Positions 1 to 9,540 of a stretch of DNA of 64,000 bases are shown here, in pieces (position 1 is the first letter of the stretch; the number at the start of each line of letters is the position of its first letter). Origin of the DNA: Pedobacter sp. (lineage in GTDB: Bacteria; Desulfobacterota; Desulfuromonadia; Desulfuromonadales; Syntrophotaleaceae). The notes under the pieces were generated by a model. It was not told the origin of the DNA. It did not search any database and saw nothing but the letters and a program-made list of their open reading frames with translations. A program made the translations under genes and the position numbers. The stretch lies in the NCBI GenBank assembly GCA_050253415.1, contig JBFWJC010000006.1, positions 32,001-96,000 of the forward strand, written 5' to 3'.

Positions 1-152
1 ACAAACTCGGTCTGCCGGTTAAGGTAGCCAGCCCGCGCAGGTATGGCGTTTTGCATACCTTGCATATTCCGCAGCTGCGCATAAGCCAGGGCACTACATA
101 CAGAATCGGTATCAGGGTTGCGATGCCCTACCACATAGATTTTTTGTTGCAT
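1..152 (-). CDS. ppaC: Family II (DHH) Mn-dependent inorganic pyrophosphatase, N-terminal part (runs off window)
   Basis: Not in ORF track; manual translation MQQKIYVVGHRNPDTDSVCSALAYA contains the GHxNPDTDS signature; ATG overlaps upstream stop (TGATG). Confidence 0.88.
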   Translation of the reverse strand, partial: MQQKIYVVGHRNPDTDSVCSALAYAQLRNMQGMQNAIPARAGYLNRQTEF

Positions 153-985
153 CAATCAGCCTCTTTCTGGGTACGCAGCGTTGCTCGAACATCGCCGAGA
201 CCGACCACATCCTTAACAATAACTTTCGCGGGTTGCAGGTCCTTATCGAACCAGATATAAAGAGTTCCGTCTCCGGTATCAAAAACCTCGGGATCCAGGA
301 CCACCTTGACAACAAGACCTCCATCAGGCAGCGCTGTATTCTTTGGACGTTTTTTTTCAGGTAACACCGAAATACCTATATCGGTCGATCTACCTCTGGC
401 AAAAGTAGGAATCTTATAGGAAGCGCCATCGCGCAGCGGACCAAACAGTCCGGCCCTGAAATTGTAAAAGGCTCCAAGGATATCGTAAGGGGCTGGCCCC
501 TCCCCCATTGCGTAATTCTTAACAGGGCGGTCTCGACCATTGCGTGTCACTTTTTCGATAATTATGCGCCGTGAATAATCGTAGCTCCAATTTTTGAGAC
601 GGGACGTAACGGTTTTCCCCTTGGTTTTATACATATCGGCATCGTGACTTTCGGGACGTAGACTCCCATCGTTGTCTAATCGCAGATAAGACACATAGCG
701 CTGCAACCGATTGCTGGTCAACCAGGCCGCGACCCCAAGAGTTTTCGCCTCTAAAACGGCACGATAACGATCCGGCTCGTCCGTCTTCACGAGGGCAAAC
801 TCCCCTACCGCCAACTGATCGAACCATAAGAAGGCGATATCATACAACAAGGTCTCCCCACATAGGGCATCCAGGGCTTCTCGGGCATTGGCCACGCCGG
901 AAGGGACCTTTTGGGGTTCAGCCTGCACCGGACAGATAGAGAAAAACAAAAAGCCGAGCACAAGCACTAATATTCCCGTTTTCAA
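152..985 (-). CDS. Exported DUF3108-like protein
   Basis: Signal peptide (…PVQA-E), beta-rich body, YDILGAFY and LYIWFD…P motifs; TTG start. Confidence 0.65.
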   Translation of the reverse strand: MKTGILVLVLGFLFFSICPVQAEPQKVPSGVANAREALDALCGETLLYDIAFLWFDQLAVGEFALVKTDEPDRYRAVLEAKTLGVAAWLTSNRLQRYVSYLRLDNDGSLRPESHDADMYKTKGKTVTSRLKNWSYDYSRRIIIEKVTRNGRDRPVKNYAMGEGPAPYDILGAFYNFRAGLFGPLRDGASYKIPTFARGRSTDIGISVLPEKKRPKNTALPDGGLVVKVVLDPEVFDTGDGTLYIWFDKDLQPAKVIVKDVVGLGDVRATLRTQKEAD

Positions 986-1079
986 AGATATGCTCCCGTT
1001 TCAGAGTTGAATAAAGCACAATTATGAAAAAAACCCTGTCTATTCATGCAGGAATGAATGTCGCTGCAGACCTTAATCC

Positions 1080-1108
1080 TTGACATGGAATCGTTGCCCC
1101 ACTACCAT
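1080..1108 (+). promoter_or_regulatory. sigma70-type promoter for arsR-rlmI
   Basis: TTGACA-17 bp-TACCAT; supports a start at 1166 rather than 1058. Confidence 0.6.
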
Positions 1109-1165
1109 GCGCACTATAAAACAGATTTAGACAAAAATCCCTCAAACAATGTGATTACCCGAACT

Positions 1166-1459
1166 ATGGCCTTTGATAAAAACAAGACATATGAACGCGA
1201 AGCGGATATCCTCAAAGCTCTAGGGCATCCGATTCGCCTTAAAATTATAGCTGGCCTGCTGGCGGAAGCCTGCAATGTCAAAAAAATATGGGAATGCCTC
1301 GGCTTACCTCAGGCAACGGTATCCCAACATCTGGCCCTCCTTAAAAATAAAGGCATCATTGAAGGGCGTCGCACTGGCGTCGAAGTCTTTTATACAGTTA
1401 TTTCAGAAGATGCACGCCGCATCGTTGAAGCTGTTTTTCAACAGAGTACTCCTTTATGA
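1166..1459 (+). CDS. ArsR/SmtB family transcriptional regulator
   Basis: LKALGHPIRLKI and QATVSQHLALLK winged-HTH motifs. Confidence 0.9.
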   Translation: MAFDKNKTYEREADILKALGHPIRLKIIAGLLAEACNVKKIWECLGLPQATVSQHLALLKNKGIIEGRRTGVEVFYTVISEDARRIVEAVFQQSTPL

Positions 1460-2634
1460 TTCAACTGCACCTGCGGCCCGGTCACGACCGTCGCATTCGT
1501 CGTGGTCACCCCTGGGTTTTCAGCAACGAAATCCAGTCCCCCGACAAGGACATAAAACCCGGTGAGACGATTGAGATATTAAGCGCAGCTGGAGAATATC
1601 TCGGCACCGGTTATTACAATCCCCACTCCCTGATCGCAGGACGCATCCTATCCAGACAGCGTGAATGCATCGATTGTGTAGATTTTTATCGCGACCGCCT
1701 GCTTAAAGCCATGCTCATGCGCAAGGCAATTTATGGCGAAGCAAACGCTGTGCGTCTGGTCCACGGCGAGGGGGATCACCTTCCGGGCCTTGTGGTTGAC
1801 CGATACGACAACGTGCTTTCAGTGCAGTTTCTTACACTGGGCATGGACTGCCGTAGCAGCTTGATCCTGCAGGCGCTGACCGAACTCTTTAATCCGGGGG
1901 CGATCGTCGGACGTAATAACGTCGCAGTGCGCGACCTGGAAAACTTACCACGCAAAGTTGAAATTTTACAGGGAGACCTTCCGGACCGCCTTGAAATAAC
2001 CGAAAATGGTCTGCGTTTCAAGGTCGACGTTATCCATGGTCAGAAAACAGGACATTTTCTCGACCAAAAAGAGAACCATCTTGCGCTGCGCGAACGTGTA
2101 ACCGGCAAACGGGTCCTCGATCTGTTTTGCTATTCGGGTAGTTGGGCGATCCATGCCGCACGCTACGGAGCAAAAGAAGTCGTTGGCATCGATATTTCTC
2201 CCGGAGCCATAACGCTTGCCCAAGAGAACGCCCGCCTCAACTTCCAGGAGGACACCTGCAACTTTGTGCAGTCCGACGTCTTTGAAAGTCTGCGGCAGTT
2301 CCATGCGAATAACGAACGATTCGGCGGCATCATCCTCGATCCGCCAGCCTTCATAAAAAACCGCAAGCGCATTCGCGAAGGTGTCAAGGGTTACCTGACT
2401 ATTAACCGCCGTGCCATGGAACTTCTGGAACCGGACGGCATTTTATTCACCTGCACCTGCTCCCACCACATGGATCGTGAAACATTCCTCGACACGCTAC
2501 GCCAGGCCTCGTTCCAGGCCGGACGCGAAATGCGGTTGCTCGAAATTCGCGGTCAATCCTACGATCATCCGGTTTTATGTTCATGCCCCGAAACCGAATA
2601 CCTGAAATGCGCTGTATTGCAAGCCTGTGGGTGA
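1456..2634 (+). CDS. rlmI: RlmI-like SAM-dependent rRNA C5-methyltransferase with PUA domain
   Basis: GHPWVFSNEI, GQKTGHFLDQ, VLDLFCYSG, ILDPPAF, ETEYLK motifs. Confidence 0.8.
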   Translation: MIQLHLRPGHDRRIRRGHPWVFSNEIQSPDKDIKPGETIEILSAAGEYLGTGYYNPHSLIAGRILSRQRECIDCVDFYRDRLLKAMLMRKAIYGEANAVRLVHGEGDHLPGLVVDRYDNVLSVQFLTLGMDCRSSLILQALTELFNPGAIVGRNNVAVRDLENLPRKVEILQGDLPDRLEITENGLRFKVDVIHGQKTGHFLDQKENHLALRERVTGKRVLDLFCYSGSWAIHAARYGAKEVVGIDISPGAITLAQENARLNFQEDTCNFVQSDVFESLRQFHANNERFGGIILDPPAFIKNRKRIREGVKGYLTINRRAMELLEPDGILFTCTCSHHMDRETFLDTLRQASFQAGREMRLLEIRGQSYDHPVLCSCPETEYLKCAVLQACG

Positions 2635-2647
2635 ATCAAAAATTCCG

Positions 2648-3451
2648 TCAGGATTTACGCGCCATAGCATAAATTACATGATAGGTTGCCGGCAGAAAGC
2701 CACCGGCTGAAAACCGCTGTCCATAAATTTCGGCCAATCGATGCATGACCCGTCGAGAAGACAGACCGCGTGGTCGGCGCCGCGACGCATTATGCGCACC
2801 GACGCCTTTGAGCGAACGCAATAAGGCCGGCACGGAAACGTGCTGTTCCTCTTCTTCCTCTTCCCACACCCGGAAGTTTTCAAACCCGCCTTCCTTTAAA
2901 GACTTTTCTACCAATGTTTTACACGGCAACGTTAGCAGGTAGTCCGGTTCATCGTAGCCTTCGAGGATCAGCGCCTCACGATAACAGTCTTTAAGTTGCC
3001 ATAATGTCCGGTTACCGAACAAGGCGAACAGGAATACACCTCCCGGCTGCAGAACCCGCAAGCATTCACCAAACGCTGTAGCGAGATTTTCCACCCATTG
3101 GTAAACCGAGGCGCTGCATATCAGTGGCAGAGTCTCAGAGGCGATCGGCAGGGCTGCGGCGTCAAGATCAACGGCCCAGGACCGGGGCAGGCGTTGTTTG
3201 GCAATCCGTGTCATGCCATGAGCCAAATCAGATATCAGCGGGTGCAATCGCGGATTGGATTGTGTCAGTAACTCCGCAAAATACCCGGTACCTGTACCGA
3301 CCTCAAGAAACCTGCCATGACTGGGTCCATCAGATTGGACCAGAGTCGCCAGTCTTTGCGCAACCCGCTTCTGAACATCGGCGAAGCCATCGTAATTTTC
3401 GCAGCTGGCTGAAAAATGGCGCTGCACCTGGCGACGATCTATGCCACTCAT
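2648..3451 (-). CDS. bioC: Malonyl-ACP O-methyltransferase BioC
   Basis: LEVGTGTG SAM motif, ATYHVIY C-terminus, bio operon context; ATGA overlap places start at 3451. Confidence 0.85.
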   Translation of the reverse strand: MSGIDRRQVQRHFSASCENYDGFADVQKRVAQRLATLVQSDGPSHGRFLEVGTGTGYFAELLTQSNPRLHPLISDLAHGMTRIAKQRLPRSWAVDLDAAALPIASETLPLICSASVYQWVENLATAFGECLRVLQPGGVFLFALFGNRTLWQLKDCYREALILEGYDEPDYLLTLPCKTLVEKSLKEGGFENFRVWEEEEEEQHVSVPALLRSLKGVGAHNASRRRPRGLSSRRVMHRLAEIYGQRFSAGGFLPATYHVIYAMARKS

Positions 3452-4257
3452 GTAAGAAAATCCTCTATCACCCTGGCGCAATAATCCGGTTGACTGATCA
3501 AGGGTGCATGCCCGACCTGATCCAGTTGAACGTATTGTGCATCCGGCAAGTGCTGGGCCAAATAACTCCCGGCAGACGGTGGGATAACAGTGTCACATTC
3601 CCCATGGAGCACTAAGGAAGGCACACTTCGCCACGTGCAACCAAGTAAATCGGCGTTGAGCAAAGTATCCAGCCCCCCCAATGCGGCATCTTTACCCGGA
3701 GGAGGACATGCATCCAGAATCTCACGTTTATGCCCCAGGAGTGTCTCATCATCAAGATGTTCACCATCAAATTGTTGCATGAAAAAGGTTTGCAGGGTTT
3801 TATCAGGATCACGTCTGAACTGCCGTGCCAGAATTTTAACCTGTGCCGCAGGTTGGCCCGCCAACCAGGAATCATGCTGGACAAAACAAGGGGTTGTCGA
3901 CATCAGTACCAGTTTTTTAACCCTTGCACCCAAACGTTCAACCAGTTCAAGGGCCACCAGTCCACCAAGAGACCATCCTAGCAGGCAGATTTCCCCAGCA
4001 CCGACAGTACCGAGCCACTCCTCCACATCGGATGCCAAATGATTCAATTGGTACCCGGGGCCGGGATCCGAACGGCCATGCCCGCGCAAATCCGGTGCCA
4101 GAATTCTGAATGAAGCGGCCAGCGGTTGCATGAGCGATTGAAATACCGCAGAGGACATTCCCCAACCGTGTAACATCACAACGATGGGACCTTTCCCCTG
4201 CTCGCGGTAGCTGACTGTACGACCGTCACCAAGACGGCAAAATCTCATAATTGTCAT
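3448..4257 (-). CDS. bioH: Pimeloyl-ACP methyl ester carboxylesterase BioH
   Basis: alpha/beta hydrolase: HGWG, GWSLGG nucleophile elbow, GHAP; between bioF and bioC. Confidence 0.85.
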   Translation of the reverse strand: MTIMRFCRLGDGRTVSYREQGKGPIVVMLHGWGMSSAVFQSLMQPLAASFRILAPDLRGHGRSDPGPGYQLNHLASDVEEWLGTVGAGEICLLGWSLGGLVALELVERLGARVKKLVLMSTTPCFVQHDSWLAGQPAAQVKILARQFRRDPDKTLQTFFMQQFDGEHLDDETLLGHKREILDACPPPGKDAALGGLDTLLNADLLGCTWRSVPSLVLHGECDTVIPPSAGSYLAQHLPDAQYVQLDQVGHAPLISQPDYCARVIEDFLT

Positions 4258-5426
4258 GCGGCAAGAACTCTTCGGATAAGGTCGGCGGCGCGCAGCAGAT
4301 CATCGGGCTGATGGGTGGCCATAAGCGTTACTCTCAGTCGACAGCTTCCTTCGGGGACTGTCGGTGGTCGAATCCCCTGAACAAACACGCCTTGATCCTG
4401 CAACCAGCCACTGGCGCGCATGGTCGGCTCGGGATCGCCAGTGATGATCGGCAAAATCGGCGAAACGCCATCGCTATCAACTGATAAGGATTCTGAGAGA
4501 CGGTTCGTCATAAGCTTGCGGAGTTGTTGCAACTGTAATCGTCGTCGCCGCCCATCTTCACCATCAACGATATCGAGTGCGGCAATGCCTGCAGCAGCCA
4601 CGCCCGGTGGCAGACTGGTCGAAAAGATAAAGGAACGAGCTCGGTTAATCAAAGTTTGGATCAATACTTCAGGACCGGCTACGAAGGCGCCAAATCCGCC
4701 TAAAGCTTTACCAAGAGTCCCCATATGCAGATCGATGTCTGCCATGCACCCCAGATATTCTGCACTGCCTTTTCCACCATCACCGAGCACACCGGTACCA
4801 TGAGCATCATCGACCATCAACAAGCAGTCGTAGCGATTTTTTAAAGCCACCAATTCGGACAATGGCGCGAGGTCGCCGTCCATACTGAAGACGCCATCGG
4901 TGACTATCATCCACTGACCTTTTCTCAGGGGCGCTTCTTTTGCCATCAGCTGTTCCAAGGTGCTGGTATCCTTATGCGGATAGACAACCACCCTGGCTTG
5001 GCTGAGTCGACATCCGTCAATAATCGACGCATGATTTAGACTGTCTGAAAAAATGATATCATCAGGCCCCAGCAATCCTTGCAGGATACCGATGTTGGCG
5101 GCATATCCAGCATTGAAAACCAGGGCTCTATCGGTACCTTTGAACTGCCGCAACCGATCCTCAAGGTCCCGGTGAACCATCATGCTACCGGAAACCAGAC
5201 GACTGGCCCCCGTTCCTGTGCCATATTCCATGGTAGCCCGGCAATGCGCTTCAATGAGGGCCGGATGATCCGCCAGACCAAGGTAGTTATTGGAACACAG
5301 CAGCAAAACCTCACGGCCTTCCAAACAGATATGATCGCGCTGAGCACCGAAAACTGTCTTCAGATTGCGCAGCATTCCTTCGCTACGCAACCGGTCAAGG
5401 GCATTTTCCCAACTTTCAAGCTTCAT
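4254..5426 (-). CDS. bioF: 8-amino-7-oxononanoate synthase
   Basis: SNNYLGL, NHASIIDG, DDAHG, GTLGKA (PLP Lys), IRPPTVP. Confidence 0.95.
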   Translation of the reverse strand: MKLESWENALDRLRSEGMLRNLKTVFGAQRDHICLEGREVLLLCSNNYLGLADHPALIEAHCRATMEYGTGTGASRLVSGSMMVHRDLEDRLRQFKGTDRALVFNAGYAANIGILQGLLGPDDIIFSDSLNHASIIDGCRLSQARVVVYPHKDTSTLEQLMAKEAPLRKGQWMIVTDGVFSMDGDLAPLSELVALKNRYDCLLMVDDAHGTGVLGDGGKGSAEYLGCMADIDLHMGTLGKALGGFGAFVAGPEVLIQTLINRARSFIFSTSLPPGVAAAGIAALDIVDGEDGRRRRLQLQQLRKLMTNRLSESLSVDSDGVSPILPIITGDPEPTMRASGWLQDQGVFVQGIRPPTVPEGSCRLRVTLMATHQPDDLLRAADLIRRVLAA

Positions 5427-6220
5427 GCGGACCACCTTTCATCGGGAAGCATCCGTCCGACGCGATCAATAATCACAACTTGCTGTTCCAGATATCGATA
5501 AAGACGGTCCAAATCAACCTCGGCGTTTACAAAAAAGGCCCTCCCCCCCCTGTATTCGCCAAGGGGTTTGAGCAGGGGAAATCGCACATAGCCGAAACAG
5601 GGAGATGCAATGTAACCCGCTGTGTAGCCCGGGTCGTCGGACCAGCACAATTCAGCTACAATGCCAGGGGCATGCTGAACTTTGGCAGCAAGCACCAAAG
5701 CTTCTCTTACATGCGGATTATCCAGGCCGACCGGTTGCAGCAACCGATCCAGATAGTTGGCCGCGGCATCATCAAGATCCATGCGCGAGACCCTGACGCC
5801 ACGCTGGAAATCGTGTTCAAGGCGTCTTCCGGTTACAGCATCAATCAGCATGGCACCCCGCATACTTTCACCATCTGGAGCGGCGCCTCCAGCCATGGTA
5901 TCCATAGCGCAACGCGCTGCGTGGAGAGTCACTCCCGCCTTGACAAGCATGGACAAAGCTGCGGCCCTGCCCTCATCGACAGATTCGACGCATATTGTCC
6001 GAATGTCCGGCAATTCAAGACGCATAATGTGCGCCGGATCAACTTTTTCCAGGGTCAGAAAAATCTGGTCGGCCTGCCCCTTATCGTGCTGAAGCGCCCT
6101 GCGAACCATAGCCGCAGCCAATTCATCAAGTCTAGGCGCCATTGCCAGCTTTTCGGCGCCGGAGATGTGGCGCTCATCACGTGAAGAACGCATGCGTATG
6201 CTATATAGTGTGTTATCCAT
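5423..6220 (-). CDS. bioW: 6-carboxyhexanoate-CoA ligase
   Basis: YSIRMR, HISGAE, RGVRVS, ELCWSDDPGY, GGRAFF motifs. Confidence 0.9.
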   Translation of the reverse strand: MDNTLYSIRMRSSRDERHISGAEKLAMAPRLDELAAAMVRRALQHDKGQADQIFLTLEKVDPAHIMRLELPDIRTICVESVDEGRAAALSMLVKAGVTLHAARCAMDTMAGGAAPDGESMRGAMLIDAVTGRRLEHDFQRGVRVSRMDLDDAAANYLDRLLQPVGLDNPHVREALVLAAKVQHAPGIVAELCWSDDPGYTAGYIASPCFGYVRFPLLKPLGEYRGGRAFFVNAEVDLDRLYRYLEQQVVIIDRVGRMLPDERWSA

Positions 6221-6250
6221 GGAAATGAAAATTATCAGTGCGCGACCGGA

Positions 6251-6282
6251 TTGTCAACAACAAGAGGAAGGATGGTTAACAT
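6251..6282. promoter_or_regulatory. BirA-type biotin operator overlapping the -35 of the bio operon
   Basis: TTGTCAACA-N14-GGTTAACAT, matching the TTGTCAACC-N14-GGTTGACAA BirA consensus; minus-strand TTGACA at 6257-6252. Confidence 0.8.
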
Positions 6283-6309
6283 TCGATTTTTTCCAGGTCA
6301 AACATTACC

Positions 6310-6340
6310 AAAAAGCCGCCGGTCACAAACCCGGCGGCTT
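6310..6340 (-). terminator. Intrinsic terminator after dxs
   Basis: AAGCCGCCGG/CCGGCGGCTT stem followed by a T-run on the minus strand. Confidence 0.8.
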
Positions 6341-6363
6341 AAGAGATCAATGTCATGCGACCA

Positions 6364-8271
6364 TTATTCGTTAGATGCATCCGAAGTGGTAAAAGACGTT
6401 TCGCGCCCTATAAAGTTTCGGACACTTGCGGCGATTCCTTCGGCGTCCAGTCCATACCGGGCGTAAAGTTGCTGCTGCGTTCCTTGTTCAACAAACCGAT
6501 CAGGCAACCCGATGCGCAAAACACGCACAGCAACGCCTTCGTCGGAGAGCATCTCAAGAACCGCCGAACCGAAGCCGCCTTGACGAACGTTTTCCTCTAC
6601 AGTTACAACAATGCCTGTTCGTTTAGCCTCGGCGATAAGGAGTTCCCGATCCAGAGGTTTAAGGAATCGCGGATCGACCACCGCCACAGACAAACCCTCT
6701 CCGGCCAGGATGTCGGCAGCAACAAGCGCCTCCTGACACACAACGCCCAAGGCGAAGATCACCGCATCGCTACCATCACATAATTTTTCACCTTTACCAA
6801 TGGGCAAAGTCTCAATGGTATCCGGCAGAGTCAATCCAAGAGCTTTTCCTCGAGGATAGCGGTATGCAAGGGGGCCATCATGCACCGTGCCAGTCAAAAT
6901 AGCGCGTTGCAATTCGATTTCGTCGCGTGGGGAAACCACAACCATATTGGGGATATGCCGCAGGAACGAATAATCGAACACACCGTGATGTGTAGGTCCG
7001 TCCGCTCCGACCAGACCTCCGCGGTCAATAGCAAAAGTAACCGGCAGACGTTGTAAGGCTACATCGTGCACAACATTATCGTAAGCGCGCTGCAGAAAGG
7101 TCGAATACAGGGCCACGACTGGACGCATGCCCTGACAGGCAAGACCTGCGGCGAATGTCACAGCGTGCTGCTCAGCAATTCCGACATCAAAAAACCGCGA
7201 TGGAAAGCGCTTGGAAAATTCTTTAAGCCCCGTTCCTTCGAGCATGGCCGCGGTAATGGCGACAATTCGATCATCCTTCTCCGCCAATGCCGTTAGAGTA
7301 CTGCCGAAAACCCCGGTATAACTGGCCGGACCGCCTTTAGAAGCTCGCACTTCGCCGGTGGCCTTGTCAAAAGGACCTACTCCATGGAAAAGACTGGGGT
7401 TTTTTTCAGCGGGCTCATACCCTTTGCCTTTGCGGGTCACGACGTGAACCAGGATCGGACCTTCGAGATGGGCAACATTTTCAAGAGCCGGGATCAGCGT
7501 TTCAAGTCGATGCCCGTTCAGGGGGCCAACATAATCAAAACCAAATGCTTCGAAAAGCATTCCAGGTGTAAAAAATCCCTTGAGGGACTCTTCGGCTTTA
7601 CGTGCTACTTTCAGCAGATCCTTGCCTATGCGGGGGACATGACTGAGAAAATTTTCCGCTTCCTTCTTCAATCGCACGACCAACTCGGAAGTCATCTTGC
7701 GATTGATCAGAGAAGAGATCGCGCCGACATTCGAAGAAATGGACATTTCGTTGTCGTTAAGAATGACAATGAGATTTTTTTTCTGATCGCCTGCATGGTT
7801 AATCGCTTCGAAAGCCATGCCGCCGGTAAGAGAACCGTCACCGATAACAGCGACGAACTTTTCATTTCCCTGACGACAGTCACAAGCTGCGGCCATTCCC
7901 AGTGCGGCGGAAATGGATGTGCTTGAATGTCCGACGTCAAAAGCATCATAGGGGCTTTCTTCCCGCTTGGGAAAACCGCTGATCCCTCCAAGCTGACGCA
8001 AGGTATCAAAACGGTCAAGACGTCCGGTCAACAATTTATGGGCATAGGCCTGGTGTCCGACATCCCAGATGATTTTATCTGCGGGTGTATTCAAAACCTT
8101 GTGAAGAGCAATGGTCAATTCCACAACACCCAGAGAACTGGCAAGATGACCGCCTGTCGTCGAAACGGTATCAATGATTTTTTCACGAATTTCACCAGCC
8201 AAAACCTCAAGTTCTTTAACCGAAAGGTTCTTTAACTCAGCGGGAGATTGCAGATTTTTCAGTAGACTCAC
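6364..8271 (-). CDS. dxs: 1-deoxy-D-xylulose-5-phosphate synthase
   Basis: [26 protein letters not shown] motif, [16 protein letters not shown] start after GGAGG. Confidence 0.97.
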   Translation of the reverse strand: MSLLKNLQSPAELKNLSVKELEVLAGEIREKIIDTVSTTGGHLASSLGVVELTIALHKVLNTPADKIIWDVGHQAYAHKLLTGRLDRFDTLRQLGGISGFPKREESPYDAFDVGHSSTSISAALGMAAACDCRQGNEKFVAVIGDGSLTGGMAFEAINHAGDQKKNLIVILNDNEMSISSNVGAISSLINRKMTSELVVRLKKEAENFLSHVPRIGKDLLKVARKAEESLKGFFTPGMLFEAFGFDYVGPLNGHRLETLIPALENVAHLEGPILVHVVTRKGKGYEPAEKNPSLFHGVGPFDKATGEVRASKGGPASYTGVFGSTLTALAEKDDRIVAITAAMLEGTGLKEFSKRFPSRFFDVGIAEQHAVTFAAGLACQGMRPVVALYSTFLQRAYDNVVHDVALQRLPVTFAIDRGGLVGADGPTHHGVFDYSFLRHIPNMVVVSPRDEIELQRAILTGTVHDGPLAYRYPRGKALGLTLPDTIETLPIGKGEKLCDGSDAVIFALGVVCQEALVAADILAGEGLSVAVVDPRFLKPLDRELLIAEAKRTGIVVTVEENVRQGGFGSAVLEMLSDEGVAVRVLRIGLPDRFVEQGTQQQLYARYGLDAEGIAASVRNFIGRETSFTTSDASNE

Positions 8272-8291
8272 TATAAAACCCTCCGTCACAC

Positions 8292-9182
8292 TCAGAAAGA
8301 GCGGTCCACGATATAGTGGGCAATGCTTCTTAAAGGTTCAGCGCGTTCATCAAAACAGGACAAGCTGTCCAGTGCCACATCGCGCAATTCCCGGGCACGG
8401 TCACGCGCGGCGTCAAGCCCGAGCAAGGCAGGATAAGTCGCCTTGCCACGTTCCTGGTCGCTTCCGACATCCTTCCCAAGCAAAGCCTGGTCACCAACGA
8501 TATCAAGGATGTCGTCAGCAACCTGAAAAGCAAGGCCTGCAGCTTTGGCATAGCGTCCAAGAGCCTCTACCTGCTCCTGGCTGGCTCCGCCGAGCAGGGC
8601 TCCTGTTTCAACGGAGGCAAGAATAAGTGCACCGGTCTTGCGAGTATGAATATATTCGAGTGTAGGCAGGTCGATATCCTTGCCTTCTGAATCCATATCC
8701 ACGACCTGACCACCTACCATGCCCATGGAACCGGCAGAACGCGCAATCTGGGAGGTCACGCGACGAGCTACCTCAAGCGGAACCGCGTTGTCGGCGCCCA
8801 ATTGGGATAAGAGAATAAAAGCTTCCGTAAGCAGCGCATCACCAGCCAGAATGGCCAATGCCTCTCCAAAAACTTTGTGGCAGGTTGGCCGTCCCCTACG
8901 GAAATCATCATCATCCATTGCCGGGAGATCGTCATGAATCAACGAATACGTATGTATCATTTCCATGGCACAGGCCGCAGGCATAACGACGTCGATTGTC
9001 CCACCTACGGCTTCACATGCCGCCATCATCAAGATAGGACGAATGCGTTTGCCGGCAGCAAAGGTCGAATAGCGCATGGCCTTGTGAAGACTTGCAGGCA
9101 GCACTTCCTCTGCGGGAAGATAGCCATCAAGTGCTTTATCTACACGTGCCCGATATTCTTTCAGATAGGCATTGAGATCCAT
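8292..9182 (-). CDS. ispA: Farnesyl/geranyl diphosphate synthase
   Basis: [29 protein letters not shown]. Confidence 0.95.
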   Translation of the reverse strand: MDLNAYLKEYRARVDKALDGYLPAEEVLPASLHKAMRYSTFAAGKRIRPILMMAACEAVGGTIDVVMPAACAMEMIHTYSLIHDDLPAMDDDDFRRGRPTCHKVFGEALAILAGDALLTEAFILLSQLGADNAVPLEVARRVTSQIARSAGSMGMVGGQVVDMDSEGKDIDLPTLEYIHTRKTGALILASVETGALLGGASQEQVEALGRYAKAAGLAFQVADDILDIVGDQALLGKDVGSDQERGKATYPALLGLDAARDRARELRDVALDSLSCFDERAEPLRSIAHYIVDRSF

Positions 9183-9226
9183 TAATCCTCCATTGCGAAA
9201 AAATTATTCAAACGGCTATTAAACCA

Positions 9227-9451
9227 TTATTCTTCAAATTTGCCAATGGCTAGAGAGCCGTCTTGTTTTTTTAACAGAGTTTCAACCTGTGTTTCGACCG
9301 ATTTGAGCAATTCCTGGCAGCGGTTGGCGCATTTCACCCCCACTTCAAAAGAGGCCAGAGATTCCTCGAGAGAGAGATCGCCTGCTTCAAGCTGTTCGAC
9401 AACAGCTTCCAGAGACCGCAGGGCTTCCTCAAAAGTTGTAGGCTTGTTCAT
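9227..9451 (-). CDS. xseB: Exodeoxyribonuclease VII small subunit
   Basis: TFEEALRSLEAVVEQLEAGDLSLEESL; xseA-xseB-ispA-dxs synteny. Confidence 0.93.
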   Translation of the reverse strand: MNKPTTFEEALRSLEAVVEQLEAGDLSLEESLASFEVGVKCANRCQELLKSVETQVETLLKKQDGSLAIGKFEE

Positions 9452-9540
9452 GGATACCTCACGTAAAAAGTCGCGGCCAATTATCCACACCGACCGTAAG
9501 ATGAGTCAAGGTTTTTCCAGAAAGAATCCTGGACTCGGTA

